A stretch of 64,000 nucleotides of DNA, taken from assembly GCF_001194135.2 (NCBI RefSeq), contig NC_068983.1:150962599-151026598 (forward strand). The letters are read 5' to 3'. Below are positions 27,345 through 38,839 of the stretch, piece by piece. Source of the DNA: Octopus bimaculoides (lineage: Eukaryota). Within the stretch, counting starts at the first letter, position 1. Each line of letters starts with the position of its first letter. The position numbers and the translations under genes were made by a program. The notes beneath the pieces were generated by a model. It searched no databases, had not been told where the DNA came from, and worked only from the letters and a program-made list of their open reading frames with translations.

Positions 27345-27602
27345 ATAAATGTCCAACGCACTCCTTCTTGTTGACTCCAATGTTTTCAATTATATATATA
27401 TTTCATGTTGCTCTGCGATCATTCCATCATCTGATATGTGGCACATGGTGCAGCTGTACAGATAATATCGACTTGGTATAAGGAGTGAACACGAACATTC
27501 GATCACTATAAACAAATCATCTGTGTGGTTGTTCAGCAAAAAATTGCCGAACCCTCATACATCGTTTAATGACGGGAGAGTCCATGATGATATGCATACA
27601 TA
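27345..27602 (+). repeat. Left arm of ~260-bp inverted repeat (partner 29749-30008)
   Basis: atgtccaacgcactcc...gtggcacatggtgcagctgtacagataat...gacgggagagtccatgatgatatgcatacata aligns to the RC of 29749-30008. Confidence 0.92.
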
Positions 27603-29451
27603 TGCATATATTTACACACACACACACGCGCGCGCGCACATACACACACATACACACACTCGCGCACATATATATATATACACAACAATTTGGCAATAAT
27701 TGCTATGGCANNNNNNNNNNCGCGCACATATATATATATACACAACAATTTGGCAATAATTGCTATGGCAATTATTGCCTCAGGTAATGTCTAACTCAAT
27801 AACACAACCTGGAATAGCCTTTGAAGTAATGCTTCAAGACATCATAGCGCTCTCGAATGGTATTTCTTGGAGGAATTTGCCTAGGTACTGTTTGAATGTA
27901 ATGAGGTCTTTTTCTTTTAGATTTCTTTCTGTTTAACGTTGCATAAAATAGGGCCAGCTGAAATGAAAAGTTGCGTTGTTATGTTGTTATGTAATGTGAG
28001 CTCAAGTTTAGTGGCAAGCGTATGTTTCTGGAGTCAAGTCTTGTGAACTTAATATCGGCATCATTTTGACAATGCTAATGGACTATTTACTACTGAGTAC
28101 AAATGACAAAGCGCTCACAACGGAGTTAGTAAGAATGAAATTTGAAAATTTTGAGGAATTCTCAATCGCCAAGACGTCTTATCATTATTTTTGTGACCGA
28201 TGTCGGGGGTGTTATACTTGAAAATTGTTCAACCAATAGAATCTCGATAGATTCTCGGTAAATCTCTATACAAGAAATCTTGCTGCTACATCTAGCAGAC
28301 CGACCGTCTGGCCTGTCGTCATCGTAGTTGCATAGTTGACGACATGGTCGTCGTTGTTGTCAGTGGTATTGTTGTCAGTGGTATTGTTGTCAGCTCAGCT
28401 TAACCGAGAAATCAATGGCTGGAATGTTGTTTGAATATGTAGTCACATTCTTTACTTTCTTAAGATCTTAATTTCATGCAATATGTCTGAAATGTCATCC
28501 ATAGCAGAAGCCATTTGTCACACTGTTTCACCCTAAGTTATAATCATTCCACCCCTCTCTCTCCCCCTCTCTTTCTCATTCTTTCACTTTCATTGCTCCT
28601 AAGTCTATCTTTTATACACATACGCACATATACGCAAGTTTATGTATAGGTATATAAGTATATACACATACATATACACATACATATGTATGTATATGTA
28701 TACATATACGTATACATATACATATACATATGTATGTATGTATATATGGATGTGTGTATGTAGTTACATACATATGTGTGTGTGTGTGTGTGAGTGTCTG
28801 TGTGTGTATGTGCCGTTATATATGCATGAATGAGTGAACAAACGAAAGAAAGGAAAGTAGCACCCAACACATTTCGCTAGAATTACATATATTTAATAAC
28901 AATTTGATATAGCTCCATATAAAGTTTCGTGCGTGTTGTACATGTCCACCTCATCAGTCTCCAAATATCTGTTCATATGGAAGTGTTCAACACTCAAGAA
29001 AGTTCGAGTAATGTGCACCTGAAAGAAATTGTTGCATATATANNNNNNNNNNNNNNNNNNNNNNNNNNNNNNNNNNNNNNNNNNNNNNNNNNNNNNNNNN
29101 NNNNNNNNNNNNNNNNNNNNNNNNNNNNNNNNNNNNNNNNNNNNNNNNNNNNNNNNNNNNNNNNNNNNNNNNNNNNNNNNNNNNNNNNNNNNNNNNNNNN
29201 NNNNNNNNNNNNNNNNNNNNNNNNNNNNNNNNNNNNNNNNNNNNNNNNNNNNNNNNNNNNNNNNNNNNNNNNNNNNNNNNNNNNNNNNNNNNNNNNNNNN
29301 NNNNNNNNNNNNNNNNNNNNNNNNNNNNNNNNNNNNNNNNNNNNNNNNNNNNNNNNNNNNNNNNNNNNNNNNNNNNNNNNNNNNNNNNNNNNNNNNNNNN
29401 NNNNNNNNNNNNNNNNNNNNNNNNNNNNNNNNNNNNNNNNNNNNNNNNNNN

Positions 29452-29748
29452 NTACTTATTCTATCGGTCTCTTTTGCCGAACTGCTAAGTTACGGGGACG
29501 TAAACACACTAGCATTGGTTGTCAAGCGATGTTGGGGGGAACAAACACATACACACATACATATATATATATATACACATATATACGACGGGCTTCTTTC
29601 AGTTTCCGTCTACCAAATCCACTCACAAGGCTTTGGTCGGCCCGAGGCTATAGTAGAAGACACTTGCCCAAGGTGCCACGCAGGAGGACTGAACCCGGAA
29701 CCATGTGGTTGGTAAGCAAGCTACTTACCACACAGCCACTCCTGCGCC
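29452..29748 (-). mobile_element. SINE family B (3' end in gap)
   Basis: RC head ggcgcaggagtggctgtgtggtaagtagcttgc; internal (TA)/(TG). Confidence 0.92.
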
Positions 29749-30008
29749 TATGTATGCATATCATCATGGACTCTCCCGTCATTAGACGATGTATGGGGGT
29801 TGGGCAATTTCTTGCTGAGCAACCACACAGATGATTTGTTTATAGTAACCAAAAGTTCGTGTTCACTCCCTATATCAAGTCGACATTATCTGTACAGCTG
29901 CACCATGTGCCACATGGCAGATGATGAAATGATCGCAGAGCAACATGAAATATATATAATTGAAAACATTGGAGTCAACACGAAGGAGTGCGGTTGGACA
30001 TCTATTTT
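29749..30008 (-). repeat. Right arm of ~260-bp inverted repeat
   Basis: Near-identical to RC of 27345-27602 with scattered substitutions. Confidence 0.92.
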
Positions 30009-30433
30009 TTTAATCACTACAATCGTTTCCCTGTAACGTAGTTCTTCAGTCGAGCAAGTACTTTATTATGCAACCATTTCCCTGCATTCTGAGATCTAGT
30101 TGAATTTCCTCGGGCGATATGTAAATATTGTCTCCGTAAGTTCAAAATTCTCGGCTTCAAGGACATCCGCTCTGTCTGTCGTGGACTGAATTTAGTTGTA
30201 GTCTCGGAGCTTATCAGGATGTGTTGTTGCTGAAGGGTCGTTGGGAAACTGCTTTGAATGGTAGATGTAGTGGGAAAGTGATTCTGCTACTGTTAAAGTA
30301 GTCGCCGTTTTAAAGAGATTTGATTTGATTGGCATTTGATTTCTTTGTATTTTTGATTTGTTCTTCATAGTCGGCTACACATGCGATTGTTCTTTGCTGA
30401 CCTTTAAGATTCGGCCTATACGTACAGACACGT

Positions 30434-30476
30434 GTTGGTTCACATATACTTCCATATACGTAATAACGCTCGGACA
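30434..30476 (+). repeat. 43-bp inverted repeat, left arm (partner 31767-31809)
   Basis: gttggttcacatatacttccatatacgtaataacgctcggaca; 42/43 identical to the RC of 31767-31809. Confidence 0.9.
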
Positions 30477-30756
30477 TATATACACACACAAAAATACACG
30501 TATATATATATTCATACACATAAGCATATATACACACATACATACAGAGACACACATATATATATATACATGCACACGCACACATATATACATATATACA
30601 TCTATACACACACACATAATAATATAGATTTAATCAAAATATTAAATGTGGTACTTAAAATTTGTGAGGTACCAGAATTTGGTAGTGTAAAAACCAAAAA
30701 CAAAATCAAGAGATTTGGTGAATAAAATTTGAAGAAAAGCAACAAAAATTCAATTG

Positions 30757-30855
30757 GTTATAACAGTACGTATGTTTCGTACAAGCTCCATTTATTCATG
30801 TAGTGAGAACACTACATAGAATGTACAATGAAAATGTACTCCTCAGCTGCATAAT
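30757..30855 (-). ncRNA. Type I hammerhead ribozyme, intact core
   Basis: Minus strand: ttatGCAG-CUGAGGA-GUACA...UGUAC-GAAAC-AUAC-GUA/CUGU-u-auaa; all core nucleotides present; stem I 4+4 bp, stem II 5 bp plus internal hairpin atgtagtg-N4-cactacat; predicted cut between 30767 and 30766. Confidence 0.75.
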
Positions 30856-31182
30856 GGAATTTCATTTTAGAAAGTCATTTTGTAGATGTGTGCAAAAAAC
30901 AAGAGTAAGAGAAGAAAATATATCATCTCGACTATGCTGCTGTTCAACACACATATACGGATATGTACGTGCATTCACATACATACACATATACAAATAT
31001 ACGGATATACATAGACGCGCATGCATTACATACACAGCTGCTAGTGTGTGCATACACACACATATATTTACTTATGTAGGTACACACATTCATGCATAGT
31101 AAACACGCGGACAGGCATGCATACGTATATATAGAGAAGTACAACCCGACACACACTCACATAGTTAGGGGGAGAGAAGATT

Positions 31183-31555
31183 AAAAGAAGGAAAAATAAA
31201 ATACGAAACAGAATGGTCAATAATAAAAAATGCCCATCCATATATTACACTATTCGGAGTATGTGACCTGGGCCTTAAGGTTGCTTTGTGCATCCTGCTA
31301 AGTAATGAAAACTTTGTAAACAAGCAAGCAGAGAAAATACCGAGATAAGTAAAAGAAGGAAAAATAAAATATGAAATAGAATGGTCAATAATAAAAGATA
31401 CATACCCATATAATACACTATCCTGCGTGTGTCACTTGTGCTTTGAAGAAGCCTTGTGCATCCTGTTAAGTAAAGAAAACTTGGTAAACAAGCATGCTGA
31501 CAAAATACCGATAAGTTGCCACCTCACCAAATATTTTCAAGATTCAGCACAGTGA
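31183..31555 (+). mobile_element. Two tandem copies of a Penelope-like GIY-YIG C-terminus (31183-31350, 31351-31555)
   Basis: KEGKIKYETEWSIIKNAHPYITLFGVCDLGLKVALCILLSNENFVNK and KEGKIKYEIEWSIIKDTYPYNTLSCVCHLCFEEALCILLSKENLVNK...SCH match W.I...PY...C.LC.EE..CI...N.LNK...S.C.H. Confidence 0.8.
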
Positions 31556-31691
31556 ATAACAGTAACATTCGTCCTCATCGGGACTGTCACATTATGTTGG
31601 CAAATAATCTTTACTCTCTCTCTCTATATATATATATATGTGTGTGCGTGTGTGTGTGAATATATGTGTGTGCGCGTGTGTGTGAATATAT

Positions 31692-31742
<51 letters not shown>

Positions 31743-31766
31743 TGTGTGCGTGTGTGTGTGTGTATG

Positions 31767-31809
31767 TGTCCGAGCGTTAGTACGTATATGGAAGTATATG
31801 TGAACCAAC
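31767..31809 (-). repeat. 43-bp inverted repeat, right arm
   Basis: tgtccgagcgttagtacgtatatggaagtatatgtgaaccaac. Confidence 0.9.
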
Positions 31810-31825
31810 GCTTAAAGTTTTCTAT

Positions 31826-32160
31826 CAGGCGTGGCTGTGTGGTTAAAAGTTTGGTTCACAACCATATGGTTTTGGGTTCAGTTCCACTGCATGGGACCTC
31901 GGGTAAGCGTCTTCTACAATAGCCTCGGACCGACCAAAGCCATGTGAGTGGATTTGGAAACTTAACGAAGCCCGTCGTGGATACGTATGTCTTTGTGTCT
32001 GTTTGTCTCCCACCACCTTTTGGCAACTGGTGTTGGTGTGATTATGTCCCCGTAAGCTAGCCTTTAAAACAAATATGTCCTGGGGTCGATCCGGTCCATT
32101 AAAATCCTTCAAGGTGGTGCTCCATCATGGCCGTAGTCAAATGACTGAAACAAGTGAAAG
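31826..32160 (+). mobile_element. SINE family B, internally deleted, followed by (TCTA/TCTG)n
   Basis: caggcgtggctgtgtggtt head; gcccgtcgt; ggtggtgctccatcatggccgtagtcaaatgactgaaacaag tail. Confidence 0.85.
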
Positions 32161-32166
32161 GTAAGA

Positions 32167-32167
32167 G

Positions 32168-32219
<52 letters not shown>

Positions 32220-32264
32220 GTCTGTCTGTCTGTCTGTCTTTCTGTCTGTCTGTCTGCCTGCCTG

Positions 32265-32315
<51 letters not shown>

Positions 32316-32352
32316 GTCTGTCTGTCTGTCTGCCTGCCTGCCTGCCTGTCTG

Positions 32353-32393
<41 letters not shown>

Positions 32394-32480
32394 GTGCCTG
32401 CCTGCCTGTCTATCTATCTTCTTGTTTGCCTGTCTGCCTGCCTATCTGTCTATCTATCTGTCTACCTGCTTGTCTGTCTG
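32167..32480. repeat. Compound (TCTA)n/(TCTG)n/(CCTG)n tetranucleotide array
   Basis: Directly visible. Confidence 0.95.
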
Positions 32481-33736
32481 TCGACGTGTAATACAGGCAA
32501 ACAATGATTTATCCATCAATCTAGCTGTTTATTAAGTCATACAATCTTACACGATTCATTTACTTGCTACTTGCTTTTGTTGACATCCTCTTACTGCTTC
32601 TCACTCTGTTTTTTTAACTCTCTCATTCACATTCTCCCTTCTCCTCTCGGACACTGTGCTCCCCTCTTTCTTCCCATATACTTTCATCGTTTGTTTTATT
32701 ACTATCTTTTTTTCTTCTTCTATTTTTCACTCCCTTTTTTGCTTCTAGCTTCCCCTCTATTACACCTTATTTACAGTTCTGCTCTTATGTTAATCTGAGC
32801 AGGACCTTAAACTTGTAATGACAGGGTTTCGCTCAAAATGATAGCGGGGTATGATGCAGAGGTGTGCGTGTATGTGCGTGTGTGTTCATATATTTATATT
32901 TTGTGTGTGCCTCTCTATATGTACTTAATATATGAATATGTGTGTGTGTGTGTGCGTGTGTGTTACAGAGTGTTACGTGGTGTGGGTTATTGAAAACTGC
33001 GCGGGGGAGAAGTACTCCCACTAACAGTACAAAGATAAGCCTGTGAGGGTCAGTAAGTTACAAATGCTCTGGCGTCAGTCGGTTAAAACACCACAGGGTG
33101 CTTGTGGTGGCGACACGTATCAGCTTACCCTTGTGAGACGGCAGTTTCCTTGTTAGATTATTTTTCTTTTGAATACTTTTTTTTTTTTCTTCTTCAATAG
33201 TCTTTTATTCAATCTCTACCTCTCACCACCTACCCACCACAGGTACAAGTAAATAATAGAAATAATACACAGATAAATAAATAAATATAGTATACAAAAT
33301 AAATGAACAAAAAAAATCCATTGGTCTTCATCTAATATATCAAAGATGGCTTTACGATGTCTCTTTTAAAATTTACTTATTTATGATTGGTCTTTATTGT
33401 TGGTTACCTTTATTGATATTGTCACCGTTGTCGTAGTTGTTTTTATTGTTGTTCAGCTTATTGCTGTTTTGTGTTGTGTTTTTGTTGCTTTTTTTTTTAA
33501 ATATTATTTTTACACTAGTCGTAAACCGATTTTATGGTATAAAGGCAGATGAAATATTGAGGTGTGATTCAATATTTTAAGATATTGCAGTGGTTTATTC
33601 GTTGTGTAATGCAGTGTAAAAAGACACAAAAATGCACACACATTCGTACTCATAACCACATACATACACACACATTCACATACACACACACTCACATACA
33701 CACACACATTCATCTGTAGGCACTCGCACGCGTCCT

Positions 33737-33783
<47 letters not shown>

Positions 33784-33967
33784 TAAAGCTTGAATGTTCT
33801 TACGAAGGACAGACTCATTAGCTTTCAAGTTTGGTGGCGTTAAGCGGATGAGATAAATCTCCGATTTGGTATGCCGCTGGTCCAGCAGATCAGGTAAGGG
33901 ACATTGCCAGACGATAAGGGTTACAGTTTAGGTAAATTTATCAGGTTCACAGATTTATACGACAGAA

Positions 33968-34118
33968 ACGGTAGAGCATCAGACAAAACATTTTGCGATA
34001 TTTCATTACCATCCTCATACGCCTCGAGTTCAAATTCCGCTAGGGTCGAGTTTGTCTATAAATACTGATGTTGATTCAATTGAAGGTGTTGCCCCAGCAT
34101 GGGCATAGTCCAATGAGT
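33968..34118 (+). mobile_element. Degenerate SINE with C-type head and B/CR1-type tail
   Basis: gagttcaaattccgctagggtcgagtttg followed by aaggtgttgccccagcatgggcatagtccaatga. Confidence 0.5.
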
Positions 34119-34120
34119 CT

Positions 34121-34538
34121 CTCTTTTACTCTCTCTTTTACTTGTTTCAGTCATTTGACTGCGTCCATGCTGGAGCACCACCTTTAGTCGAGAAAATCGA
34201 CCCCAAGACTTATTCTTTGTAAGCCTAGTACTTATTTTATCGGTCTCTTTTTGCCGAACCGCTAAGCTACGGGGACCTAAACACACCAGCATCGGTTGTC
34301 AAGCGATGGTGGGGGTGGGGGTGGACAAACACAGACACACAGACACACAAACACACATACATATATACATATACATATATACGACAGGCTTCTTTCAGTT
34401 TCCGTCTACCAAATCCACTCACAAGGCTTTGGCCGGCCCGAAGCTATAGTAGAAGACACTTGCCCAAGGTGCCACGCAGTGGGACTGAACCCGGAACCGT
34501 GTGGTTGGTAAGCAAGCTACTTACCACACAGCCACTCC
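34121..34538 (-). mobile_element. SINE family B, full length
   Basis: RC of the complete head-centre-microsatellite-tail; very close to 29452 and 17648. Confidence 0.93.
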
Positions 34539-34549
34539 GTATTGAAAAA

Positions 34550-34660
34550 GGGAAGTTGGCCGAGTGGATTGGGTAGTTGAGAATCATCCGAAAAGTTGAC
34601 GGTTTGTGTCCTCGAGTCGGTACTGCGTTGAATTCTTGACTAAGATAAGTCTTAATGACC
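34550..34660 (+). mobile_element. Highly diverged tRNA/CORE-like SINE head
   Basis: Box-A-like TGGCCGAGTGG, then gcgttgaattcttgactaagata resembling the CORE start. Confidence 0.35.
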
Positions 34661-34940
34661 GAGTACATCTACCACAGATACATTCTTAGACTCAATATTC
34701 GCGTCCGTGCTGACAAAGAAATTGAAATTGTTACTGGTTCATTTAACATCAGGTTTTGTCCGAATAGCGGTGGTCCTGTGTGACACATAAATAGGTGCCA
34801 GCCCTCTTCTGCTTCCTATATGCATTAACCACGTTATTATCTTCTTTTATTTGACATATAACTGGAGTTCTTCACAAGTGCTACGACCTTGGGCCGCGTG
34901 GGAGTAGAGATGACTTAGTAGTAACTCCATACTCTCCGAA

Positions 34941-35088
34941 CCTTCTTTCATTTGTCGTTTATCAAATCCACACACACTGCCCGAGGTTATAGAAGAAGGT
35001 GCTTGGGCAAGGTTCTGCGCAGTGGGATTGAACCGAGAGCCATGAGCTTGGGAATCAAGCCTCTTACAACACAGCCACGCCTGCGCCT
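34941..35088 (-). mobile_element. SINE family B 5' fragment
   Basis: cttctttcatttgtcgtttatcaaatccac...gggattgaacc...acacagccacgcctgcgcc. Confidence 0.8.
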
Positions 35089-35410
35089 ATCGAGATGAAA
35101 AAATTTTGTAAAACTATACAAAATTCATTTGTTTAATTGTTTTACAGCTTAGTTAGTGATTTATGCCAAATGCAAATGTTTACAAATTTTACGAGTAGCA
35201 GTATTGCATTCCATGTCACGTTACACATCTAACAATCTTGATTACAGCTTCGAAAAAAATTGAATTCTCTTTTTTAATCACATTTCGTTTCATTTTTTAA
35301 ATTAGGTTTCAATGACTGAATTAAGTACACAGTCACACAAATACAAAGCAGGTACACACACACTCACAAACACACTCACAAACACGCACAATACACATAT
35401 TCACACATTA

Positions 35411-35642
35411 AGGCGGCGAGCTGGCAGAAACGTTAGCACGCCGGGCGAAATGCTTAGCGGTATTTCGTCTGCCGCTACGTTCTGAGTTCAAATTCCGCCG
35501 AGGTCGACTTTGCCTTTCATCCTTTCGGGGTCGATTAAATAAGTACGAGTTACGCACTGGGGTCGGTATTATCGACTTAATCCGTTTGTCTGTCCTTGTT
35601 TGTCCCCTCTGTGTGTAGCCCCTTGTGGGTAGTAAAGAAATA
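35411..35642 (+). mobile_element. SINE family C (tail C1), near-consensus
   Basis: ggcggcgagctggcagaaacgttagcacgccgggcgaaatgcttagcgg...gtagccccttgtgggtagtaaagaaata. Confidence 0.93.
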
Positions 35643-35851
35643 CATCCATACACACATACATCCATACACAAACACACCTAGCAGGGCAAAGGACAATATG
35701 ACATGTATTCTGCAGATTACGTTACGTATTGAAGTGGAATAGGGAAAATAGGCAAGATATTCTAAAGTGCAGTATGTATTCTTATGTAGTTGTTTATGCT
35801 TATAGTGTCGTTATGGCTTCACAAATAAATAAATAAATAAATAAATAAATA

Positions 35852-36015
35852 GGCGCGCGCATGGCCGTGTGAGAAGAAGCTTGCTTCCCAGCCACATGGT
35901 TTCGGGTTCAGTCCCATTGCATGGCACTTTGGGCAAGTGTCTTCTACTATAGCCCCGGGGCGATCAAAGCCTTGTGAGTGGATTTGGTAGATGGAAACTG
36001 AAAGAAGCTCGTCGT
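35852..36015 (+). mobile_element. SINE family B 5' half
   Basis: ggcgcgcgcatggccgtgtgagaagaagcttgcttcc...ggaaactgaaagaagctcgtcgta. Confidence 0.85.
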
Positions 36016-37444
36016 ACATGGCCTGTGCCTCTACTGACCTAGACCTACCAAAGTTATCAAAGTTCTATTTATGTGTTTATATANNNNNNNNNNNNNNNNN
36101 NNNNNNNNNNNNNNNNNNNNNNNNNNNNNNNNNNNNNNNNNNNNNNNNNNNNNNNNNNNNNNNNNNNNNNNNNNNNNNNNNNNNNNNNNNNNNNNNNNNN
36201 NNNNNNNNNNNNNNNNNNNNNNNNNNNNNNNNNNNNNNNNNNNNNNNNNNNNNNNNNNNNNNNNNNNNNNNNNNNNNNNNNNNNNNNNNNNNNNNNNNNN
36301 NNNNNNNNNNNNNNNNNNNNNNNNNNNNNNNNNNNNNNNNNNNNNNNNNNNNNNNNNNNNNNNNNNNNNNNNNNNNNNNNNNNNNNNNNNNNNNNNNNNN
36401 NNNNNNNNNNNNNNNNNNNNNNNNNNNNNNNNNNNNNNNNNNNNNNNNNNNNNNNNNNNNNNNNNNNNNNNNNNNNNNNNNNNNNNNNNNNNNNNNNNNN
36501 NNNNNNNNNNNNNNNNNNNNNNNNNNNNNNNNNNNNNNNNNNNNNNNNNNNNNNNNNNNNNNNNNNNNNNNNNNNNNNNNNNNNNNNNNNNNNNNNNNNN
36601 NNNNNNNNNNNNNNNNNNNNNNNNNNNNNNNNNNNNNNNNNNNNNNNNNNNNNNNNNNNNNNNNNNNNNNNNNNNNNNNNNNNGAGGAACCCATTCTCAG
36701 TGAATATTATTTTGACGTTCGAAAAATAATTTTTTAGCGGGAAAATTAAAAGTAAAAGAATGGCGTTTTGAGCATACCTCTCCGCCGCATAGTAGAAGAA
36801 ATCCACATAAGAGGGAAAAGAGGAAGGAAGAAAAGATTGGAACGGAGAGTTTGTGTTGTCTGAAGAATAAATTAATAGAAATATAGATAATTCGTAAACT
36901 TTACTGAAACGTAGTATTTTTCGAGCGCTTTAAGAGCAATTTGCAGATCAGTTTGTCAGTGGGCAGCTGAAAACTACACACATCGAAATATTGAACACAA
37001 CCATGGCCTACCTATTGACTATTGAAGCAACGAATGAGTCTCTTCGTGATCTGCACAATCTGCTAGAAATAGATACTAAATCTTTCTTCAAATCACATCC
37101 TATCCTTGAATTACAACATGCAAAACGTAGAAATTTTAATACATGGCATCCAGTTGGGCGAAGAATGTATCATAAATGTCATGAAGTTATGTTATGATAG
37201 TACGAGATTCCTATCATACTATCAGCTCCCTCTAAATCGCGTGAAATACCCCGCACCGCCCTTATTTTTACCAATGTATTATTATCATTTATCTATTTTG
37301 ACCTCCCGGCAACCCTTCCGGAAGGATGAAAGTTGACCCCCTTCAAATCGAACTCATCACCCTCACGTAGCGAAACTGATAGTGTAAACTATACCATTCC
37401 AGTTTCTATAATTGTATATCTTTGTATGTATGTATGTATGTATG

Positions 37445-37475
<31 letters not shown>

Positions 37476-37915
37476 CGTATGTATGTATATAAGGTATTAT
37501 GTAATTTTTGTATGTATATAACGTATGTATGTAATTTTTGCATGTATACAACCTATGTATGTAATGTGTGTATGTAATGTATGAATGTACGAATGTATGA
37601 ATGTATGCACGTATATATTATATGTTTATATGTAATGTATGTACGTTTTCTCTTCCTGATTACAGTTTTAGAGTTTGTCATGGCCGCCCCACTGCCTAGT
37701 GGTAGGTTTGTATAGAAAATATATTAAAGAAATGATAGAGACAGATGATCGTTTCACATCCTTCTTTACAACTATTCACACTATTTTTTTTTATTGCGGA
37801 CGTATACATGCTAGGCAAGTGATTTGCTCTGAGACCAACTGTTGAAATTCAAACGAAGGCAGCATAGAAGGCACATATTAGCTATCCAAAAACGCTCGAC
37901 TGTTAACTTCACTTA

Positions 37916-38082
37916 GACATCTATTATTTGTTATTTGGTGTTAAAATTTTCGTTGCACGAAATGTAACCTGGTTATCGGCAAGGTTACATTACATCCCTG
38001 TGATGCAGATCAACCTTTTCGTTGAACAGGCCGCAGTTCGTGCGACGAAAACTTTAACACCAAATAACAAATAATAAATGTT
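37916..38082. mobile_element. MITE-like foldback element with ~46-bp terminal inverted repeats and TA flanks
   Basis: gacatctattatttgttatttggtgttaaaattttcgttgcacgaa ... ttcgtgcgacgaaaactttaacaccaaataacaaataataaatgtt; TA at 37914-37915 and 38083-38084; internal hairpin atgtaacct...aggttacat. Confidence 0.65.
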
Positions 38083-38324
38083 TAAATTTCTATGGTTTAT
38101 ACTATCCTAGATATGATATCACGCAGTTTTTGAATTATGGTGCTGCGTTCTCTCTCCGAAAATCCAATCTTAGTCATATTATATTCCAAACATTATTGGT
38201 ATATGTCTTATCGTTTCGATAATATTTAATACCAGAAATACTATCGAAATATTGGGGAAATATTTGAGTACTGAATTTGCAGAATGTTAATCAATGAGCC
38301 ATAGCTGTCTTATGTGTTTAAGAA

Positions 38325-38680
38325 GGTCGCTTTTCAGCTTCGCAGTTTCGTGTTCAGTCCCACTATGCGGTACATTGGGCCAACAAATACCTTGTGAGTA
38401 CATTTGGTAGACGGAAACTGTCTGGAAGCCCGTTGTATACATATGCGTGTGTGTGTGTGGTTTTGTTGTTGGTTATACTTGTGTTTATGTTCCACTTCGT
38501 TTAACAGCTAGTGTCAGTTTGTTTTCGTCCCCGTTACAAAGCGACCAGTCAAAAAACAGAATTCATTCCACACTTCAAAATAAGTACTGGAATCCTTTTG
38601 TTCGACTTAATATTTCAAGGCAGTGCTCCAACATGGCCATAGTCAAATGTCTGAATTGAGTAAAATATAAAAGATAAAAA
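38325..38680 (+). mobile_element. SINE family B, diverged
   Basis: gttcagtcccactatgcgg...ccttgtgagtacatttggtagacggaaactg...ggcagtgctccaacatggccatagtcaaatg. Confidence 0.8.
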
Positions 38681-38839
38681 ATATTGAGGCCTTGTGTATA
38701 ACTGAATTCCAAAACAAAACATGATTTTAATTTGTCGTCTCAGATAACAATATCAGGTCGGTTGCATTTTAATTTACCCGCTGTTTTTGTTCTTAGATTT
38801 CACTAATATTCTTTTGCAAAACGGGTAAAGACCCATTTC

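Noticed and set aside
27661-27770. 50-bp direct repeat
   Set aside because: Identical copies flank a 10-N placeholder, typical of an unmerged contig overlap.
28910-28965. Minus-strand hammerhead (CUGAUGA...CAC-GAAAC-UUUA)
   Set aside because: Stem I cannot form.
30010-30055. Minus-strand hammerhead (CUGAAGA...GAAAC-GAUU-GUA)
   Set aside because: No stem I pairing and a weak stem II.
33828-33897. Small exon ending cag|gtaagg
   Set aside because: Stops in all three frames and no partner exons.
36865-36920. Hammerhead CUGAAGA...GAAACGUA
   Set aside because: Stems I and II do not pair convincingly.
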